Shown here in pieces: positions 19,818-28,459 of a stretch of DNA of 39,059 nucleotides. The stretch's first letter is position 1. The number at the start of each line of letters is the position of its first letter. Source of the DNA: a virus; the UHGV virus genome UHGV-0140603; one strand, given 5' to 3'. Position numbers and translations under genes: made by a program. The notes below the pieces were generated by a model. That model was not told the DNA's origin. It was given only the letters and a program-made list of their open reading frames with translations, and did not search any database.

Positions 19818-19838
19818 CAATAAAGGGGCCGAAGCCCC
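19818..19838 (-). terminator. UUCG-tetraloop hairpin with U-rich tail inside the structural operon (partial terminator)
   Basis: Minus-strand RNA ggggc-uucg-gcccc followed by uuuauu between genes 19857..20201 and 19483..19812. Confidence 0.5.
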
Positions 19839-19856
19839 TTGTCTGATCCGCGAGGC

Positions 19857-20201
19857 TTACACGCCCAGTTCTTTACGCTTATCTGCGATCTTCTCGCGGA
19901 GCGTTTCGGCTTTGGCGTTATGGTGTGGCTTCTCGTTAAAGAGCAATTCGTACTCTTCACGGAGCTTATCCAGTTCACCATCATCTGACACATCGTTGAT
20001 GATTTTGGTGCTGGTTGCTGCCATTGACACCTTTCCTGCAACTTTTGCTTTTGCCTGTCTGGCTGCATCGTTAACAGGTTCCAGTGCGCTACCAGGCTCA
20101 CCTTCGTATTCGATTTCTGCCCCCTCCGGCCACAGAGTGTTATGGATATGAGAGAGGCGCAGAACGCGGTATCTTGGTTTCTCACCTGACATCGATATCA
20201 C
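19857..20201 (-). CDS. Hypothetical head-associated protein
   Basis: 114 aa, charged, downstream of capsid genes. Confidence 0.35.
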   Translation of the reverse strand: MISMSGEKPRYRVLRLSHIHNTLWPEGAEIEYEGEPGSALEPVNDAARQAKAKVAGKVSMAATSTKIINDVSDDGELDKLREEYELLFNEKPHHNAKAETLREKIADKRKELGV

Positions 20202-20202
20202 C

Positions 20203-20640
20203 TTAACCAGTTACTTTTGAGCGGATCGGATACGGCGTATTGGCATCAACATCAAGACTGATACCCGCAGTGAATTCGCCAGCCGTTAGTGGGCCAGTTG
20301 CGACGGAGTAGTTAACACGCAGATATCGCTGAACACCGACAGGCACCTTTGCAGAAACAACTCGTTTACCTGCTGTCAGGGCGGTCTTTGCCAGTGCACC
20401 ACTATCATAAATAGTGGTCCATGAGCTGTTATCCTCACTCGTCTGCAACTGGATGTTTACAGTTGCATCACCGCTTGCTGCGGCGGCTGTGTTAACCAGC
20501 GCCCAAAACTCAAGCGGGTAACCCACGCCGATATCACGACGTTTTCCGTCAATTGGACCGAGATCGATTACGTCAGTAGAAGCCGCGGTATTCGTAACCG
20601 CCTGAGCTTCGGAGAACATCAACAGTTTGTCGGTGATCAT
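20203..20640 (-). CDS. Putative capsid decoration/accessory protein
   Basis: 145 aa, directly downstream of the major capsid gene, separated from it by a stem-loop. Confidence 0.4.
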   Translation of the reverse strand: MITDKLLMFSEAQAVTNTAASTDVIDLGPIDGKRRDIGVGYPLEFWALVNTAAAASGDATVNIQLQTSEDNSSWTTIYDSGALAKTALTAGKRVVSAKVPVGVQRYLRVNYSVATGPLTAGEFTAGISLDVDANTPYPIRSKVTG

Positions 20641-20691
20641 CTTCTTTCTCCATTAGTGGGTCTGTTACGACCCACAGGTTAATAACAGGCG

Positions 20692-21678
20692 TTACACCAC
20701 GCGGGCTTCTGTTTCCAGAAGCGCATCAGTTTCACGGATTGGTACACCACGGAATGAAGTCCACCACTCGCCTTCTGTCTCTTTTACGCTGATCGCCAGA
20801 GATGTTTTCTCCAGAGATTGCAGATCAAGAGCCTGACCTACAGTGCGGTTCATGTAGAACACTGGGCGCCCCATGCCACGGTTTGGAATGCGATGCAGTG
20901 CTTTAACCATCAACTTCGCAATATTTGCGGCAGAGGAAGGTTCTGAAAGATTGCTGACATCGATGTTTGCAATGCGAACAACATAACGCCAGTCACGCAG
21001 AGCAAGTCCGTTGTCCCATTTGTAATGGGTACGGTAGCCTTCGTACTTGCCGCCATTAGCATCTTCCAGTGTCACCTGGCCTTTATCTTCCATCTGAATG
21101 CCAGCCTTCTGCCCTTTCGGGAAGATGCCATGCACGGTGTTTTCGCCCCACACCACTAACCAGATTGAGGTGTTATCTGTACCCGTGCCACCAGCATCAA
21201 TGATGTTCTGAGCATTACCCGCAGACAGGCTGGAATAGCGGGAGGACAGTCCCATAAACTGCTGAGGGTTAACGCTGGAATCACCATAAAACAGCGTCTG
21301 CGCCATCTGCTGATTCATCGCTTCAATAAATGCGCGGTCTTCAGACAGGCGGAATTCGGCGGTATTGCCGTTCAGATCAGCCAGTGACTTATCGACTTCA
21401 GCATAGGTTTCCAGCATGCCCACGGAATCGGTTACCTGCACTGTGGTTGATTTGCTTGGCTGTACGCCATAGTTCAGCAAACGCCAGGTAGCTGAAGGTA
21501 AACCAGAACGAATGGTGGTTTTGTGTCCGGTAGGAAGGTTCCCTTCGACAAAAGGCATATCCTGAAGGATCGGGTTAGTTTGACCGAGAAGCTCGATAAT
21601 CTTATCGACTTTCCCATCTGGATCGACGCGCTTACCCCAGTCAGCCAGCGTTAGCGCAGTTAAGCCTTTAACAGCCAT
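20692..21678 (-). CDS. Major capsid protein
   Basis: ~330 aa, downstream of scaffold; ATG at 21678 has better SD spacing than the track start 21684. Confidence 0.75.
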   Translation of the reverse strand: MAVKGLTALTLADWGKRVDPDGKVDKIIELLGQTNPILQDMPFVEGNLPTGHKTTIRSGLPSATWRLLNYGVQPSKSTTVQVTDSVGMLETYAEVDKSLADLNGNTAEFRLSEDRAFIEAMNQQMAQTLFYGDSSVNPQQFMGLSSRYSSLSAGNAQNIIDAGGTGTDNTSIWLVVWGENTVHGIFPKGQKAGIQMEDKGQVTLEDANGGKYEGYRTHYKWDNGLALRDWRYVVRIANIDVSNLSEPSSAANIAKLMVKALHRIPNRGMGRPVFYMNRTVGQALDLQSLEKTSLAISVKETEGEWWTSFRGVPIRETDALLETEARVV

Positions 21679-21692
21679 TGTCATTTCCTCTC

Positions 21693-22394
21693 TTATTTGC
21701 CATAGAGCACTTCGGCCGCACTACGCTGGCCTTCATTACCACCGGTGACCATGCCATCCTCAGACATCGCCTTTCCGATTTTCACGAACGTTTTGACCAG
21801 ATCAGGGTGATTACCCAGCCCGGTGGTGTTCAGATATTCTTTGAGTTCAGGTGTCCCGAACTGGTCAAGCGCACGCTGTGCGGCGCTAAGGTTAGAAATC
21901 AACTTGTCGCCACCGATTTCTTTGTCAGCTTTTACATCCGCAGCCCACTGCTCGGTTGTTTTCTGCCAGGCTTCTGCCTGGCGCTGCTGAACACCTGCCA
22001 GAATCTTCGGATAAGTATCAACCAGCTTTTGCGCTTGCTCGTTGGTCAGGTTAAGTTCTCGCGCCACCGGCTCGAATTCCTTCAACGCTTCTGTATCCAG
22101 CTCTACGCCTTCGGCTGCCTGAAACTCGTACTTCTCAGGCGCACCCTCTGGTTTATCGCCGTCCTTTTTTTCATCCTGCTTATCGTTTTCAGGCTTTTTG
22201 TCATCAGCAGGTTTATCGCCATCAGCAACAGGTTGTGGCTTATCACCTTCCTGTTGTGATGGATCACCAACTGGAGCAGGGTTATCACCTGCAGGCGCTG
22301 ACGGTTCTGACGCAGCCGGAGCTGCTCCACCATCGACTGGTTGCTCATTGCAAAGACGGCGATACAGCAAACGCTCAAATAAATTCATGATCAC
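21693..22394 (-). CDS. Scaffolding protein
   Basis: Acidic Pro/Asp/Lys-rich low-complexity N-terminal half and helical C-terminal half; between portal and capsid; in-frame ATG at 22388. Confidence 0.6.
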   Translation of the reverse strand: MIMNLFERLLYRRLCNEQPVDGGAAPAASEPSAPAGDNPAPVGDPSQQEGDKPQPVADGDKPADDKKPENDKQDEKKDGDKPEGAPEKYEFQAAEGVELDTEALKEFEPVARELNLTNEQAQKLVDTYPKILAGVQQRQAEAWQKTTEQWAADVKADKEIGGDKLISNLSAAQRALDQFGTPELKEYLNTTGLGNHPDLVKTFVKIGKAMSEDGMVTGGNEGQRSAAEVLYGK

Positions 22395-22687
22395 TCCTGT
22401 TCACTGGCCTCTTTGGCCATCTTCAAATACTGTTCAGGGCAATGCGCCATAACGCGCTGAAACAGTTCCAGCGCCAGATTGCGTTGCCCCTCATTAAATG
22501 CCATTGCCATAGCGTCCATCGGTGAGATAGCGGAAAACACACGGCCTTTCTCCAGCACCGACCAGACAACGCGACGCCCCTGTTCACTGCTCATGACAAA
22601 GCGAATGTCATCAATTTCACGCTGCGCCATGTCACGTTGCTTACGGGCGTTTTCTTCTTTCAGTTGATCGTCTTCGTAATCTGTCAT
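22391..22687 (-). CDS. Small head-assembly-associated protein
   Basis: 98 aa, start overlaps the portal stop. Confidence 0.4.
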   Translation of the reverse strand: MTDYEDDQLKEENARKQRDMAQREIDDIRFVMSSEQGRRVVWSVLEKGRVFSAISPMDAMAMAFNEGQRNLALELFQRVMAHCPEQYLKMAKEASEQE

Positions 22688-24363
22688 TGTGATTGCCCAC
22701 CCTGACCACTAACTGCATTCGCCATAGCTGACAACACACTCGGATCCGAAGTTTTAGCTTCGCTTAGCGTCTTGGCCCCCTGTGCCGCCGCCATCCCCAT
22801 CGCCATCATTTGTTGCTGCTGTTGTTGCTGTGCCCGTTGCTGGCGAGCCTGCTCAACCTGTTCCTGCGGAACAATGACGGTTGGAGACACTCCGGACATA
22901 TCAGCGAATGCATCGATCGCCTGATCAACGTTGAGTTTGTCGAGAGCTTCTGGTTTCGCTTGCGCAAGTTGACCAATGAAGTTGACCGTAGACGCCAGAC
23001 TGGACAGGCCGATAGACTTCTGCGCCTGAGCCATGACGGAAATGTATTCGACCTTCAGGGGCATACCTTCCATCGCGTCAGGCGGTGGCGGCAGCATGTT
23101 TTTACGCACCATCATCGAGAAAGCGCGGTCAATGAGAGGATTAAGACATTCGTCGTTCAGACGCTCCAGAACCGGCCCCAACATCAGAAGTTTTTCTTCT
23201 TTCATTTCGATCACTGCTTCAACAGGCATCGAGCGGGTATTGATGTTCTGCAACATCATGAACAGATCGACAAAGTAGGCGCTGTTAATGATTTGACGAG
23301 TGTCCTGAATGTCTGCTACCAGATCTGCTGTACTGGGGTTAACCAGATAAGCAGGCCTGAAGCCATCCTGACCAGTAATCTGATCGATATACGTGATGTC
23401 GCCAGGAAGAAGGGAGGCGCGCTGATTCTTGAGGGAAGTCGGAGCAACCATCGGCGGATTGGTGGCTTTATCAATCAACTGCGACTTGCGCTTCTGGAGA
23501 AGTTGCAATGCCTTAACAGGTCCAAGCGCCAGCATACCCGGGCATGATGATCCATAAACATCTTCGCCATTAACTTCCCAGCGCGGAGCCATAATTGGAA
23601 ACTCATCAAATCCGGACTCACGCAACAACTTGTCGTTATCGCCACCAACCTCGTAATAAACCGATTTGAATGGCTTGTTCTTGCTATCCAGCTTCGATGT
23701 ATCGCGGTCAATGTTCGGGTAAACCGAATGCATCACTTCAATCCACTTCTCGTAGGTGCCGCTTTCCCACATGCTTTTTACGGATTCGCTGACGTTATTT
23801 AGTCCGAACTCCTGAACAAGCTGACGAACAGTCATAGAGAACCTGCGAAAACAGGTGTCTACACTGCCACGAGGTGAGTTAGCCAGGTAGTAACTTCCTA
23901 TCGGGAATGGCATTGTACGAATGATGTCCTCGTCATCCTCCAGCACCGCCATTGCGCCAGTGCTGTATGTGCCGAGGCTTCCGTATAACTGCGGCAGCGA
24001 CTGATAGAGATTCGACTTATTGAACATATCGTTCATGCGGTTCTGCACCGCCTCAAGCCACAACTTAACAGGGCCATAATCCATCATTTCAGGATCTGGC
24101 GTAGCCAGGCGAAACCACGGACGCGCGGGGCTTGTGATGCCTGACATCATGCCGCTGGCGAGAGTGCGCGCCGCCATAGTCCCGGTCGAATCAATAATGC
24201 GTGTATTGCGTCGATCGTTACGGTTGACCTCAGAAGTCAGAAAGCGGGAACCACGCGGGTTGATGTAATCACTCAACTCGCGCCAGTGCGGCTCGAACGA
24301 CTGACGCTCGCTTTCAAGTTGTGCGAACTGTTTGTTCAATCGCTCTTTAGTTGTTTCCGCCAT
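22684..24363 (-). CDS. Portal protein (T7 gp8-like head-tail connector)
   Basis: 559 aa, Gln-rich C-terminal tail (QQRAQQQQQQQ), ATG at 24363 with ggag RBS. Confidence 0.8.
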   Translation of the reverse strand: MAETTKERLNKQFAQLESERQSFEPHWRELSDYINPRGSRFLTSEVNRNDRRNTRIIDSTGTMAARTLASGMMSGITSPARPWFRLATPDPEMMDYGPVKLWLEAVQNRMNDMFNKSNLYQSLPQLYGSLGTYSTGAMAVLEDDEDIIRTMPFPIGSYYLANSPRGSVDTCFRRFSMTVRQLVQEFGLNNVSESVKSMWESGTYEKWIEVMHSVYPNIDRDTSKLDSKNKPFKSVYYEVGGDNDKLLRESGFDEFPIMAPRWEVNGEDVYGSSCPGMLALGPVKALQLLQKRKSQLIDKATNPPMVAPTSLKNQRASLLPGDITYIDQITGQDGFRPAYLVNPSTADLVADIQDTRQIINSAYFVDLFMMLQNINTRSMPVEAVIEMKEEKLLMLGPVLERLNDECLNPLIDRAFSMMVRKNMLPPPPDAMEGMPLKVEYISVMAQAQKSIGLSSLASTVNFIGQLAQAKPEALDKLNVDQAIDAFADMSGVSPTVIVPQEQVEQARQQRAQQQQQQQMMAMGMAAAQGAKTLSEAKTSDPSVLSAMANAVSGQGGQSQ

Positions 24364-24377
24364 TTCAATGACTCCGG

Positions 24378-24584
24378 TTACTGACCAAGCAGCGTTTTAC
24401 CGCTGGTATTAGCGGTTGATGTGTCGCCCTGAGAACCGGTAAGCAGCGTAGAACTACGACCAGCAGCAGCGCGACGGCGACGAGTTTCTTCGTCGCGGGC
24501 ATCAACAACGGCGGCATCCTGCTCCTGTGGTGCTGCCTGAACTTCTGGTGTTGCAGGCACTGATGGTGAGCTACCCATGCACAT
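24378..24584 (-). CDS. Small hypothetical protein upstream of portal
   Basis: 68 aa; RBS context ggagtcattgatATG nearly identical to the portal RBS ggagtcattgaaATG. Confidence 0.45.
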   Translation of the reverse strand: MCMGSSPSVPATPEVQAAPQEQDAAVVDARDEETRRRRAAAGRSSTLLTGSQGDTSTANTSGKTLLGQ

Positions 24585-24674
24585 ATCAATGACTCCGTAC
24601 GCAATTAAATTATTACCAATTTAACCACATATGATTTATTTATCGTAGATAGTTGACATTTAACGCACAAATTA

Positions 24675-24689
24675 TTACCTTTAGGGTAA
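24675..24689. promoter_or_regulatory. Perfect palindrome TTACC-TTTAG-GGTAA
   Basis: Exact 5+5+5 inverted repeat upstream of the 68-aa ORF and portal transcription unit. Confidence 0.5.
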
Positions 24690-24719
24690 GTAAATGGTTC
24701 ATTCCGGTTATTAACCTGA

Positions 24720-25010
24720 CTGGCTTGTCGTTAAATTGAACAGGTGGAGTGAGCTTTTATTTTGAGCAGTACGGCGTATGGCACATGCGCCGATAGCGGT
24801 CTGGATACGTTTAAGGGGCACCCTCCCTTGCTCGGGCAAACGAACCAGGTAGCCGGAATGTGCAAGTCGAGCGGTTTTATTCCGCGCACGGGGATTCACC
24901 ATCCCGGCGATTCGGTGTGACACCTCGGAAGAGACGAGGGTGCAACGATGAGAGCATTTATGGAGCTGCGACAAAGTGTGGCGCCTTAACAGGCTAAGTG
25001 TTCTCAGCGT
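24720..25010 (+). ncRNA. Candidate structured non-coding RNA upstream of the tRNA (unclassified)
   Basis: ~290 nt GC-rich with no convincing ORF; nested complementarities (gcaccctc...gagggtgc, ttgctcgggcaa, ccggaat...attccg). Confidence 0.3.
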
Positions 25011-25011
25011 T

Positions 25012-25088
25012 GTGGCATTAGCTCAGCTGGACAGAGCAACCGCCTTCTAAGCGGTTGGTCGCAGGTTCGAATCCTGCATGCCACGCCA
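25012..25088 (+). tRNA. tRNA-Arg (anticodon UCU)
   Basis: Acceptor stem gtggcat/atgccac, D-arm gctc-agctggaca-gagc, anticodon stem accgc/gcggt with loop cuUCUaa, T-arm gcagg-ttcgaat-cctgc, discriminator G, encoded CCA. Confidence 0.9.
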
Positions 25089-25131
25089 GAATCACGCCTA
25101 AGGACCGTGATGCCAGAAGTTCCAGGTGCTT

Positions 25132-25173
25132 GGCGGTGATGGTTTCCCTTGAAGGACTATCACCGCCCTTTTT
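25132..25173 (+). terminator. Rho-independent terminator after the tRNA
   Basis: 9-bp stem ggcggtgat/atcaccgcc followed by cttttt. Confidence 0.6.
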
Positions 25174-25251
25174 ACAGCAGGACGCCATTGCGATGACTTC
25201 ATGCTGTAAACCCGTTCAGCCACGGAAGGCAGAACTCATTGCTTCCAGTTC

Positions 25252-25274
25252 GCCCACTTCAGTGGGCTTTTTTC
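25252..25274 (+). terminator. Second rho-independent terminator
   Basis: Stem gcccact/agtgggc followed by tttttt. Confidence 0.6.
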
Positions 25275-25287
25275 TAGTGACTACTGA

Positions 25288-25302
25288 TTACCTTATGGGT
25301 AA
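25288..25302. promoter_or_regulatory. Perfect palindrome TTACC-TTATG-GGTAA overlapping a -10-like taatat, 32 nt upstream of the 310-aa ORF
   Basis: Exact inverted repeat; -10-like hexamer 25300-25305. Confidence 0.5.
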
Positions 25303-25334
25303 TATGCTGCAAACAAATAACACAAGACCGTGAC

Positions 25335-26267
25335 ATGCTTGACTTCATCCGTGACATTTACGCTTCTTTCCGCCAGACATCTCTTGAAAGAGTGAAGAGT
25401 CCATTTCTTGGACCTTTCGTATTTTCGTGGTTGGGGTTTAACTGGCAGATGCTGGCCGTTATCTTTTTTAGCACAAAAAGTATCGAAGAAAGACTTAGTC
25501 TAATAAATAAAAGTTTCGATGTCGGTGATTATATATTTGCCCCTATATGTACTACTGCTTTGATAGTAATAATCCTCCCACGATTTAATAAATTTATCAC
25601 TTGGGTACAGGATAAACCTAACTCTGACACTGTAGAAATGAGTCTGGCATCTAAAATAAAAATCGCAGAATTACAACAGTCCTTAGCTGAAAATGAAGCA
25701 AGAAAAAAACTTGCCGATAAAAAAGAAGAAAGATTTATTGAGGATGGAATATATTCTCTAAAAGAAGAGTTCAAAAAAACAAAAAATGACCTAGAAAAAA
25801 GAAATGACGATGCAAAAATATTGCTAGAAGAAATACGACGTTTAGAAGGCCAACTAGCAAAGGCAGAGGGTCAATTAAATGTAGAACAAGAGTCAAAATC
25901 TCAGATACAAAAAGAGTTGATTATCGAAAGAGATAACAACCGCACATTAGGCGAACAAATAATAAAATCAACATCAGAATCAAATAAATTCAAAGCAGAA
26001 TTATCTTTATCTAAAGAGTCATATGAAAACACATTCAAAGCATACAATGAATTAAAGAAACGGAATGAAATCACTGAAAACTCAATTAGGCACAATCACA
26101 CTAGATACCCATCATTAATAAAACCAGTAAGTGTTAACGGAGCATATACACTAGAATTTAATAAAGGTGTAGAACTATATTTTGACGAAATCAACAAAAC
26201 ATTAACAACCCAAAAAAAGAGAGACTATAAAACCAATAAGGTTAATGCTCGCAATGATGAATTATAG
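25335..26267 (+). CDS. AT-rich hypothetical protein: hydrophobic N-terminal segments plus long coiled-coil; candidate accessory/defence gene
   Basis: 310 aa; opposite strand to flanking terminase and portal; low GC; several AGA codons; no family recognised. Confidence 0.6.
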   Translation: MLDFIRDIYASFRQTSLERVKSPFLGPFVFSWLGFNWQMLAVIFFSTKSIEERLSLINKSFDVGDYIFAPICTTALIVIILPRFNKFITWVQDKPNSDTVEMSLASKIKIAELQQSLAENEARKKLADKKEERFIEDGIYSLKEEFKKTKNDLEKRNDDAKILLEEIRRLEGQLAKAEGQLNVEQESKSQIQKELIIERDNNRTLGEQIIKSTSESNKFKAELSLSKESYENTFKAYNELKKRNEITENSIRHNHTRYPSLIKPVSVNGAYTLEFNKGVELYFDEINKTLTTQKKRDYKTNKVNARNDEL

Positions 26268-26272
26268 TCACT

Positions 26273-27748
26273 TTAAGCAAACGGGTCGTAATCCATGATT
26301 GCCCTGCCCTGCTGGTTCTGCAGCCCAGGAATTCGCAGGCGCTTCGACACAGGGAACGCAAACGTCAGCAGTAGCGCATCGCCTTTACCAGGAGAACGCC
26401 CAAGCCGCTCCTTGATATCTTCCTTCGGTTCGATAACGATTTTACCGTCCACTCGAACTTTGTACTCTGCCGCAGACAGGTCGTCCGCTGTTTCCTGGTC
26501 ATCCAGCATGCCGCCCAGCCTCAGCCATGTCTTGCATGAGTTGAACATCTCCCCACGCTTGTTGAGCATCTGCGGGTCAGTAGACGCGCCACCGAACGGA
26601 ACAAGTTGCCATGTACGACCCCAGCCATCACCGATTGACTTCAGACCAGTTCCGTAACCGAAGTCGATGAACACTGCGTCAGCCTGGTACTGGTCTTCAA
26701 AGTCAGCGATACGCTTCGCCATAATCAGATCGTCAGTGGTCTTGTTGCCAGTCCACAGCACCTTACTGTGCAGCCCCTGCCGCAGGTATATCACAGCGTC
26801 ATCAACGCCGGAGTATGCCGGGTCAACGCCGATTATCACCGGAGCATGTGCAACCTGCGCAGCGGTTACCACCCGTTTCATTGCCTCGTCAGTAAGGCCG
26901 GTAGGGATAAACTGCAATTCAGATGCATCCGGGAATATGCCGCGCACACGGATTTTAACGAAGTCGCTGTCTTCCCCGTAGTCATCAACCCATTTCTGCA
27001 ACTGCTGTTTGTTAGTGCCTTCCACCGTCCGGCTGTCAATCTGCGCAGTTTTCCAGCGGTGTTTATATTTGCGGAAACATTCGCGAAAACGCCCGGTGTT
27101 ACGTGTAGGGTTTCCGAACGCCACCCAGATAATCTCAGTGTCTTCGTCCGTAAGCGCACCCTCAGCAACTTCCCACACCAGATCCGCAATGTTCGACGCT
27201 TCATCGAATACCACGATGATGCGTTTGCGCTCGTTGTGTAGTCCGGCGAATGCCTCAGTGTTGTGCTCAGACCAGGGTATTGCGTCAGCCCGCCACCGCT
27301 TGTCGTGCCCAGGGTCATTGCTGTACATCGCGGTAGCGGTACAGGTAAACCAGTCTTTCGTGATAGCAAGGTTCGACCACTTGATAATTTCCGGCCAGGT
27401 CTTCGTTCGTAGCTGGTTGTCGGTGTTGGCGGTCACCACGACCTTACAATCCTCGCAAGTGGACATGCCCCAGTTGATCAGCATTGAGATGAATGCGGAT
27501 TTACCAATACCGTGACCAGAAGCGCGTGCCAACATAAGCGGCTGATAGCGCGTCTCTGGATTCTGCAGGTGATCACGTATCTCTCGGAACGCATCAGCCT
27601 GCCACTGACGTGGGCCGGTAGCATGTGCCAGTTCAGTCCCCTCTTCCCCCCACGGGAACGCATAGAGGGCATAGCCAAGCGGATCGTGAGTGAACCCTGC
27701 AATATCCTCGATTAACTGCTCTTCAGGAGATAACGCTGTATCTGTCAC
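26273..27748 (-). CDS. Terminase large subunit
   Basis: 491 aa; Walker A-like ASGHGIGKS; start overlaps the small-subunit stop. Confidence 0.8.
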   Translation of the reverse strand: MTDTALSPEEQLIEDIAGFTHDPLGYALYAFPWGEEGTELAHATGPRQWQADAFREIRDHLQNPETRYQPLMLARASGHGIGKSAFISMLINWGMSTCEDCKVVVTANTDNQLRTKTWPEIIKWSNLAITKDWFTCTATAMYSNDPGHDKRWRADAIPWSEHNTEAFAGLHNERKRIIVVFDEASNIADLVWEVAEGALTDEDTEIIWVAFGNPTRNTGRFRECFRKYKHRWKTAQIDSRTVEGTNKQQLQKWVDDYGEDSDFVKIRVRGIFPDASELQFIPTGLTDEAMKRVVTAAQVAHAPVIIGVDPAYSGVDDAVIYLRQGLHSKVLWTGNKTTDDLIMAKRIADFEDQYQADAVFIDFGYGTGLKSIGDGWGRTWQLVPFGGASTDPQMLNKRGEMFNSCKTWLRLGGMLDDQETADDLSAAEYKVRVDGKIVIEPKEDIKERLGRSPGKGDALLLTFAFPVSKRLRIPGLQNQQGRAIMDYDPFA

Positions 27749-28338
27749 TGATTACCATCCTGGCGTTCTTTGAGTCGCTTCCTGGCCGCTGCTATGCGAT
27801 CTGCAATTGTCACATTCACATTAACATCCAGGCGTTCTTTAAACGCGTTAACATCAACATGCTTACCAATCAGCTCAAGGTTCTTCACCTTGTCAGGCCA
27901 TTTAATTTTTTTGAGGATTGTCTCTATCGAATCCTCGTTCATGTTCATGATGGTCGATGACAGATCAAAGCCGCTAAGCGTAGTGCGCCATATTTTCGGC
28001 CACTCGCGGATTGGCTTAAGGCTCCCATCGTCGTTGAGGATGTCGATCACGTCCATCTGGTCGATCTCCACCAGGCGCATAAGAACGTAATCGGCACTGA
28101 CGCGCATTCGTTTGTTGCGTTCCTCCATCAGCTCGGCAATCCGTTTCTGAATGCGTTCATCGCGCATCATAACACTGGCTTTAACTGCCGCTGTATTTGG
28201 AGAGAATCCTGCGTTAATCGCTGCCTGAGTCTGGTTTTCAGGCGTTTTGATGTACGACTGACAATAAGCCTCCTGCATTGCTGTTAGTGGCTTAAATTGC
28301 GTTGATTTGCGTTTATAGGTTTTAGGTTCAGCTGGCAT
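27745..28338 (-). CDS. Terminase small subunit
   Basis: ATG at 28338 with SD aaggtgg; track ORF extends upstream to 28419; immediately precedes large terminase. Confidence 0.65.
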   Translation of the reverse strand: MPAEPKTYKRKSTQFKPLTAMQEAYCQSYIKTPENQTQAAINAGFSPNTAAVKASVMMRDERIQKRIAELMEERNKRMRVSADYVLMRLVEIDQMDVIDILNDDGSLKPIREWPKIWRTTLSGFDLSSTIMNMNEDSIETILKKIKWPDKVKNLELIGKHVDVNAFKERLDVNVNVTIADRIAAARKRLKERQDGNQ

Positions 28339-28358
28339 AATAACCACCTTGGTAATAG

Positions 28359-28373
28359 TTACCGTTTTGGTAA
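28359..28373. promoter_or_regulatory. Perfect palindrome TTACC-GTTTT-GGTAA upstream of the terminase small subunit
   Basis: Exact inverted repeat between an upstream terminator and the terminase RBS. Confidence 0.5.
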
Positions 28374-28383
28374 TAGTATCATG

Positions 28384-28410
28384 CAAAATAAAGCCGCCAT
28401 AGTTGGCGGC
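28384..28410 (-). terminator. Rho-independent terminator between the early/accessory region and the late operon
   Basis: Stem gccgcca/tggcggc, minus-strand U-run uuuauuuu. Confidence 0.6.
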
Positions 28411-28459
28411 AGTATTCAAAACCCATCAAATTCATCATGCATAATCCATTCGTGACATG

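Noticed and set aside
22810-23547. 245-aa plus-strand ORF
   Set aside because: Entirely antisense to the portal gene; His/Arg-rich artefact of a GC-rich coding strand.
24365-24604. 79-aa minus-strand ORF overlapping the 68-aa ORF
   Set aside because: Alternative frame of the same segment; the 68-aa frame has a GGAG RBS matching the portal RBS context.
24711-24974. 87-aa minus-strand ORF across the GC-rich region upstream of the tRNA
   Set aside because: No RBS, Arg-rich low-complexity translation, and it overlaps a segment with strong RNA-like secondary structure; more likely non-coding.
24720-25010. tmRNA, RNase P RNA or a second tRNA upstream of tRNA-Arg
   Set aside because: No tRNA D-loop or T-loop signatures and no resemblance to recalled E. 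coli ssrA or rnpB sequence.
28351-28363. Alternative 13-bp palindrome GGTAA-TAG-TTACC overlapping site 28359-28373
   Set aside because: A by-product of two adjacent half-sites; the TTACC-N5-GGTAA register recurs at the other sites, this spacing does not.
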